DNA from: Octopus vulgaris | Taxonomy: Eukaryota | Length of the DNA stretch: 64,000 nt | Assembly: GCA_951406725.2 (NCBI GenBank) | Contig: OX597818.1 | Location: 103,044,001 to 103,108,000, forward strand | Reading direction: 5' to 3' | Part shown: piece after piece, positions 56,944 to 64,000 of the stretch | Numbering within the stretch: position 1 is the first letter of the stretch | How the letters are laid out: every line of letters starts with the position of its first letter | Position numbers and translations under genes: made by a program | Notes under the pieces: model-generated | Told to the model about the DNA's origin: nothing | The model's database searches: none | What the model saw: the letters and a program-made list of their open reading frames with translations, nothing else

Positions 56944-58540
56944 TATTCCACACCCTCTAGGGAGGAGTGCAGAAGACAGCAGAAACGATTGTTGCACTAA
57001 ATAAAGCTTCTAGTTACACTCCGTCTTCCGTATCAATCATTTAATATTTAACCAACGTGTACCTAAGAATTCCTAACGTAGATCCTGTGTGGAAAGCGTA
57101 GTAACGCCGATGACGTCTGGTAACCATAAGTAGTGAACGTGCGCTGCAGACATAATTCCTGGGACTTACCCGAAACAAAGTTTGGTTTCTGCATTTTATT
57201 GTGTCCTTTGTCAACCTTAATTTTAAATTTTAAACACACACACATATCAAAAGGATGTGTTATAATACTATTCCACAGCCATACCAACACTCCAATAATA
57301 CTAATCCACATATACAAAAACAGCCATACTAATAATCCAACATACCGCCATCATCAGCTGGCCCACGGATATCATATTGGTTTCGATACCTGGGCAGTAT
57401 CATTATATCCGGCGATGTCAACAACACTAAAATAAGTGGTGTTTGGGAACAAGCAAACCAAAGAAGCCACAATTTTCAAACACATTTCAAAACACACACT
57501 ATGTACAACCGTATCGATAAATAAATTACAAACTTTCCTAAATACGGAAATAAATAGCAACAACTCTATTAAGTCATACAAAATTATAATCCCTACCGTC
57601 TTCCGTAGATTAATATAAAAGTAAAAAGCTTAATAACCACATTATTTCAATGAATCAATATATCGGCAGGATTAAACACTAACTTTGCTAAAACTACATC
57701 AAGAGACATACAAGCCATTGTATATTGTATCGGTATTAATAGTAAACTGCAATAACTAAATTATATGCTAAATTGCGATCAATCCATATAAATAATAATC
57801 CCACCGGTCTTCCATAGATACTACTTTAATGAAAGCTAAAGCCTTAACATTTTTTTTCCAAAACAAAACAGGATTGAAATTAATTTAACTAATATTTTTA
57901 TGAGTGAAATACATTATTTCATCATTCAAAAGTTAATAATAAAACACTACATACTCATTTAGATAGCACCACTACAAGTTATAATATTAAATTACCAGTG
58001 ACTAATATACACTTAATTTCATTCAATAGGAACTAATAAAAGTACTTGTAATAAACTAATATTATAAACCTTGTTATGTTTAAAGCTAATTAAACTGTGT
58101 AAAAGACCATAACAATACAAATATCAAAACTACAAGTATTATTACTTACATATTTAATCAGACACGCGTTTCCTTCACCAAGAATTTAAAGACAAAAACA
58201 AATATTGATGACGTAGTGCGTAATTACCACTTTCTCAGTTGTTTCAATATTGGTGACGTAGAAAGCAAATAGCTGGAATCGTCAACCTTCAAATCGAATA
58301 TTTGCTAGGCTGAAGACTAGATATTACTCCATATTTATTTAAAATATCAAGTTTCCCACCTAAACAGCGATCTAAAGTTTTAACCATCTTACCATGTATA
58401 TGACTATGTTTTACTAAATGTCTTAACAGCTTATATATATGTATGTATATATCTCAAATTTACATTGAAACACAAGACAAAGACAGGTGTATGAACAACA
58501 AGCAGGTGTATTAGTTTGACGCTCGGGAAAGTAAGAAAGT

Positions 58541-58577
58541 CTTATATGTTTCGAGCCTACGCCCTTCAACAGAAAGG
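58541..58577 (-). ncRNA. Second copy of the minimal hammerhead-like motif (CUGUUGA variant, decayed)
   Basis: Reverse complement: cuuu CUGUUGA A GGGC-GUAG-GCUC GAAACAUA uaag; flanks similar to 19200-19300. Confidence 0.45.
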
Positions 58578-58624
58578 AATAAGAGAAAATATATGGAAAA
58601 TTAAAATCTTATGGATTTAGCGGT

Positions 58625-58970
58625 CAGACGTAGGCGTAGCAACTATATTTCTAGGTTCAGTCCCACTGTATGGCGCCTTGGACAAGTGTCTTCCAATATA
58701 GCCTCTGGATGACCAAAGCCTTGTGAGTGCATTTGGTAGAAGGAAACAGAAAGAAGCCCAAGTTAACGAGCTGCCAGAAACGTTAGCACGCCGGGCGAAA
58801 TGCTTAGCTGTATTTCGTCTGTATTTGGTGTATATATGTCTCCGAAACTTAGCAGTTCGGCGAAAGAGACTCATAGATTAAGTACCAGACTTACAACGAA
58901 TAAGTCCTGCGGACAACTTCTTCGACAAAAGGGGGTGCTCTAGCATGGTCGCAGTCAAATGACTGAAACG
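58625..58970 (+). mobile_element. SINE B interrupted by a SINE A head fragment
   Basis: Family B body, family A head at about 58765-58822, then the family B tail. Confidence 0.75.
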
Positions 58971-60268
58971 TTCTCAACACCACCGTCAAATGACTGAATA
59001 CGTTTTCAACACCACCATCCTCTCCCCTTGCAGTCTGAGCCACTCCTTAACTGGGACAATCTCCAACTCTACAATCTAATCCATATTTTTTGCCATGTTT
59101 TAAATTAAAAAATAAAAAGTCCAAAACAATAGTTCACAAAAAAGGAAAGAGAGAATTCAAAAGAAAACAAAAGGGAAGAAGAAAAAAGCAAACAGATCAA
59201 TAAAAAAAGTCACAGTATAAAAAGAAAACAACAGTTAAAAAACACAGCAAAAAATCTTCTGGGCATGCTGGTACTCCAACCCTATAGTACCCCAATTAGA
59301 ATCTGGACTGCTCCACTTGAAATACAGCTTTCCAACGTAATTATAAAATACACACTTTTTCAAAACAGCGAACGACTCTTGGTGTTAGGACACGTCACCA
59401 AACTATATTTCTCACAATGAGAACAAATGTTCACTTCATGTAAACACTTAAAATACAGTTATCTAATATTGTAAAAACATACACTGTTAGAAAGTGAAAA
59501 ATTTTTGGTTGAAGGATACGCCCACCAAACTGTACTTCTCACAATGAGAAAGAAATTTTCATTTACTATCAAACATATTGCTGAACCGGAAGTAGGCCAG
59601 CATCTTGAATCCAGTGAGGATTCCCTCTTTGTAAAACATATAAGCACAGCCAATTACCCTCACTGGGTTCAAGAGAAAAGTCTTACCTTGGAGCAGCTGC
59701 TTTTGGCAGGCTAAACACCACCGGCTATCTTCTTCAGTGCACTACATAATAACACATGCGCACACTAACAACTGTGACTCATGGGAAGTAGGTTAGCAAG
59801 CTACTTACCACACAGCCACACCTGCGCCTGTGTTGTACATAAAGTAATCAATATTTAATTGCTGACCAGCAGTGAAGAGAACATTTAAGAAATTTAGTAC
59901 ATTAATGTGCTGGCCAAATTTGGGCCTGCTTTATATAGTATCTGAGTTGCGTTGTTTGTGGATAAAACTGTGCCATATTTTCTCGAAAGAGTGACATTTA
60001 ATCCTTGAAACACTCAGGCAGAAGACTTACTTCCGTCTTTCCACCATGCATATGGCATCCAAAAAATGCGTTATATTCTTAGCTTAACCGGAGCAGGAAT
60101 TTGTTATGTAAGTGTATATAGACACGCGTGCACGCGCACAGACACACAAATACAACACACATGCGCACACATAAATACATACATACACAATACCCATAAG
60201 TAAATACAATGATAATTACATATGAGTATGAAATAGAAATATATCAACTTAGATATAATGGAGAAGAC

Positions 60269-60326
<58 letters not shown>

Positions 60327-60973
60327 CATGTACGTGTTTGTATATGTGCATATTTGTCTGTTTTTATGTATGTATACATTCTCCAATTAATATTTGCATA
60401 CACAAAATTACACATACTAGATACATGCGACAATGATGAGAATATAGCAGAGTTATATCTACATTAGGCTATTTAAACCTAACTACAGCGTATAAAACAA
60501 TGTAAAAAAATACCAAAATTATATAAATACACCTATTACAAAATTGCTTTTAGAAATTTTTATTAAGCGATTATTTTTTCTTGTAGAAGAGAACATTATT
60601 TCCCAATTAGCAATCAAAAATTTGCGCTAGATTCAAACGCCTGCAGCCTAATAGAAAACAGAGAAATTATAAAATGGAAAATGCTGAAAATATCAAGTGC
60701 AAGCATATATTTATTTCAAATTTTTTGATAGTTTTTGTTAAAAACATGTATATTGCCAGTCTTGGCAAATATACATCCACATATGGAAATACACACGTTA
60801 ATATCGACAAAAAGGCACATACATATTTACAAGTATACTAATATAATATTATACACTGTCGGATATAGATACTTGCACATAGACATTGTAAACATAACTT
60901 AAATAAGAGTGTATTTCAAATGTGAATATATATATATACGTGTCTGTACATGTGTATATAAGAATGTACATGG

Positions 60974-61017
<44 letters not shown>

Positions 61018-61337
61018 AAATACACACACATATACACACCTACATACCTACCTACCAACATACATACATACATACATACATACATACATACATACATAGA
61101 GTACATATATTATTGTCTTGGAATACACTGTTATGTTTCGAAGCATCAATTACCAGAATATTTTCACCTAAATATATACATCACTATATATACATGCTTA
61201 CATGCAAACATACACACAAACACACATACACACACAAACATATATGTATATGTTTCTATATTCAAACATTTATCAGCTTACCGACTTACTTTACGAGCGA
61301 GTCGATACACACGAACGAACGCACACACACTCATACA

Positions 61338-61389
<52 letters not shown>

Positions 61390-61517
61390 CACATACATAT
61401 ATATATATATATATATTTGTGGTATATATGCAATAATATATATGTATATATATATATATAAATATATTTGTGGTATATATACAACAATATATGTGTTTAT
61501 ATATATATATATAATAC

Positions 61518-61589
<72 letters not shown>

Positions 61590-61909
61590 ATTAACTGTTG
61601 AACTGGACGGACGTCTATTTGTTTCTCTCCTGAGTCAGTAGCAAGCTACACAGCTTCAAAACTAACTGACCTTAAATATATATATATTTGTAACCACGTG
61701 TTTGCCTACAAACCCGTAAGTACGTTTTCATTTAACTACAAATTGTTATATACACCTGTTTTTCTTTTAATATCCTCAAACAACCAAATAATCAAAAACT
61801 CACACCCTTAAGAGAGAACATTTATATATATATACACTTCTTTAACTCCCAAGAAAGAATATATATATTTTCAAAAATCAAAAGGAAAACAAACAAAAGA
61901 AAAACAAAC

Positions 61910-63139
61910 ATGACTAACTTGCAGGCCTGCAACAGACGAAATTGTTCTGATAACGAAATTGATGTTTTAATAAACACATGGCTCTCTCTTTCCCAAACAG
62001 AAAATCTAAATGTCTTGTGTTTGAATGAGATTGCCGAAAAAACATCACAAGTGGTCAACACACGATCCGTCAAACAGATTCGTAGCAAGTTGAAACATAT
62101 CGAAGTATCTTTCAAACTGATAAGAGGCCATTATGAAAAGCTTCTACATATTTTCACAGTTCAAGAACAACAACAGCTAGAAAATCAGCAGCCACAACAA
62201 CAACAACAACAGAATGAGCCACTCCTGGTTCCCAACACAATGGCTGACCCTGACATCGGTCAGGCACAACAACAACAACAACAGCCACAGCAACAAGAAC
62301 AACAACAGCCACTCCTCAACTCTAGCTTACTAGACGATTCACTAAATGCCAGTATCTTTTCACCGCTCTCACAGCAACCACCACAATTATCATCATCATC
62401 ATCACCACCGCTGCCACCATCGTCTTCTATCACCAAAAATACCAACAGAAAACCAAATAAGAAACCACTGCCCTCTTCCCCCACATCACCACCTCAATAC
62501 TACTGCAGTAACAAAAACTTAAAGAAACATAGGAAGCAGAATGCGCCCCCCACGGCACAAACAAGAAATCCCCAAATATGCCGCTATTCACTGCGCCAGA
62601 GACTCTGCACAAATAGTGACTGCATCTTCACGCATCTACCCGGCACTAGACGCACTACTGGCCAAGGCCAAAGCACGCATCCCACAATAACATCAACACC
62701 ACCAAATAGTAAATCGAAATTCAAAACACACACAACTCGGAGTCCCAAAATCTGCCGGTATTCCCAACGTGAGAGAACATGTCTACTGAGTGACTGTCCC
62801 TTCACTCATCTTCCAGGGACCCGACGCACAAACAGAAACGGGGCCTCAAGCCAACACACAAACCTGAATAACAATAAAAATAGAAACACACCATGCTGCA
62901 GTAATGCTGGTCCAGTCTTTTCAGGAAGACACAAAAACAACAACAACAAAAGTGGAAACTACAACCCTATCCAACAGTGCAACCACACCTCCAGCCAAAA
63001 ACTGCTCCCTAAGCAGGAAAATTCTTTTTTAGCCATGTTGAACATGGCAAAAGAGATACACAAAAACATTCTAGCCATCACTCAACACCATCCTATGCTA
63101 TTACCCCAGTGCACCAATTCCCCACATTGCTGCCACTAA
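61910..63139 (+). CDS. LINE ORF1: Myb/SANT-like N-terminus, poly-Q/PS linker, two C-x8-C-x4-C-x3-H zinc fingers
   Basis: 409-aa open frame from ATG; CRYSLRQRLCTNSDCIFTH and CRYSQRERTCLLSDCPFTH, each followed by LPGTRR. Confidence 0.85.
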   Translation: MTNLQACNRRNCSDNEIDVLINTWLSLSQTENLNVLCLNEIAEKTSQVVNTRSVKQIRSKLKHIEVSFKLIRGHYEKLLHIFTVQEQQQLENQQPQQQQQQNEPLLVPNTMADPDIGQAQQQQQQPQQQEQQQPLLNSSLLDDSLNASIFSPLSQQPPQLSSSSSPPLPPSSSITKNTNRKPNKKPLPSSPTSPPQYYCSNKNLKKHRKQNAPPTAQTRNPQICRYSLRQRLCTNSDCIFTHLPGTRRTTGQGQSTHPTITSTPPNSKSKFKTHTTRSPKICRYSQRERTCLLSDCPFTHLPGTRRTNRNGASSQHTNLNNNKNRNTPCCSNAGPVFSGRHKNNNNKSGNYNPIQQCNHTSSQKLLPKQENSFLAMLNMAKEIHKNILAITQHHPMLLPQCTNSPHCCH

Positions 63140-64000
63140 CACACACAAAAAATCCAAGCCCCCTGCAACAGTCAAAACCAGCCACTACACTAACCTCCAC
63201 ATTCCTACTCAATGCACAAGGTGTCAGCCCTTCCATCAATGCACAAAAATGGAAGGTCCAATTCATTGAAGACTGGGTTGGTAACCATTCACACCACATC
63301 CCTTTCTTCATTCTCACTGAGACCCACCTTGACAACTCCCACTTGGAAGCCGAAGTGAGAGTGAAGAATTTCACAACCATCCGCGCGGATCGTATCGGCA
63401 GGAGGAAGGGTGGAACTGCCATTTTCCTGCATGATTCATTTACGGCAGATGGAAATAGTATATTCTCCAACGGCTACTGTGAATCAGTCACCGTGCACAA
63501 CAAAGCCAATGATCTGACAGTAATTGGACTCTATAGGCCGCCCCAAACACCCATACTGTGCTTTAAAGAATGCCTCAACAGCATTAAGTGCTTTATTCAA
63601 CAGTGCCATTCTAGCAACATACTCATGATGGGAGACTTCAATCTACCCTGTGTTGACTGGACTACAAACTGTTTGAAACCAAGCAATCCCGCCTCAACCG
63701 CTGACAAAGAAGCAGCAGAGTCACTTTTCGACTTTACGAATGAGTTTTTCTTGTCCCAACTTGTCCTTGCACCAACAAGACATCAGAACATTTTGGACCT
63801 AGTGTTTAGTAACCACACTAACACTATACATAACGTTACAGTGGAAAAAAACCCTTCTTTCAGACCATGACATGGTTCTCTGTAACATGAAATTCCACCA
63901 GCCGAAAGCTAATCCTAGTGACCTTCCTCCAGCCCACCCATTTGACAACATGGATCTCCATAAAGCCAACTGGGATGCAATCAGGAACGAGCTATCAAAT
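63013..64000 (+). CDS. LINE ORF2 N-terminus (AP-endonuclease); one extra A at 63845-63851 breaks the frame
   Basis: LNAQG, LTETHL, RADR..RKGGTAIF, LYRPP, GDFNLPCVDW, PTR..NILDLVFSN. Removing one A restores LLSDHDMV...KANWDAIR. Confidence 0.9.

Larger units (their letters stand above)
61589..64000 (+). mobile_element. Young CR1-group LINE, 5' part (runs off the window)
   Basis: 5' UTR after (TA)n, intact ORF1, and APE-encoding ORF2. Confidence 0.9.

Noticed and set aside
57105-57186. CCGATGAC...CGAAACAAAGTT hammerhead-like pattern
   Set aside because: Core U is mutated and stem I does not pair.
61716-61924. Possible intron in the LINE 5' UTR (GTAAGT ... CTAACTTGCAG)
   Set aside because: The branch-point-like motif is too close to the AG, there is no pyrimidine tract, and splicing would remove the ORF1 ATG.
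63845-63851. In-phase A_AAA_AAC slippery heptamer at the ORF2 break
   Set aside because: Rescue needs a +1 shift, and a -1 slip hits a stop within about 13 codons. More likely a homopolymer indel (mutation or sequencing error).

Overview
AT-rich, microsatellite-saturated eukaryotic non-coding DNA. The SINE families, (TA)n/(TAA)n/(TAGA)n/(CATA)n load and repeat mix look like a cephalopod (Octopus-like) genome; that is an inference from recall, not a database result. No convincing host gene is visible, and almost all ORFs in the track are microsatellite artefacts. The window is a mosaic of at least three modular tRNA-derived SINE families, LINE remnants (RTE, Dong/R4, CR1-group), mariner, hAT, Helitron and MITE relics, and Penelope-like (PLE) remnants. 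Highlights: (1) A young CR1-group LINE at the right edge. Its ORF1 has a Myb/SANT-like N-terminus and two CCCH fingers. Its ATG-less ORF2 overlaps ORF1 in the -1 frame and opens just before an in-phase U_UUU_UUA slippery heptamer with a hairpin, making it a candidate for programmed -1 frameshifting. (2) A complete type I hammerhead ribozyme with a long GNRA-capped stem II, inside an ~86-bp fold-back element, plus two minimal hammerhead variants that share a CUGU core change. (3) Repeated fold-back duplications, up to 1.1 kb. (4) A SINE/LINE shared 3' tail whose hairpin shows compensatory changes.
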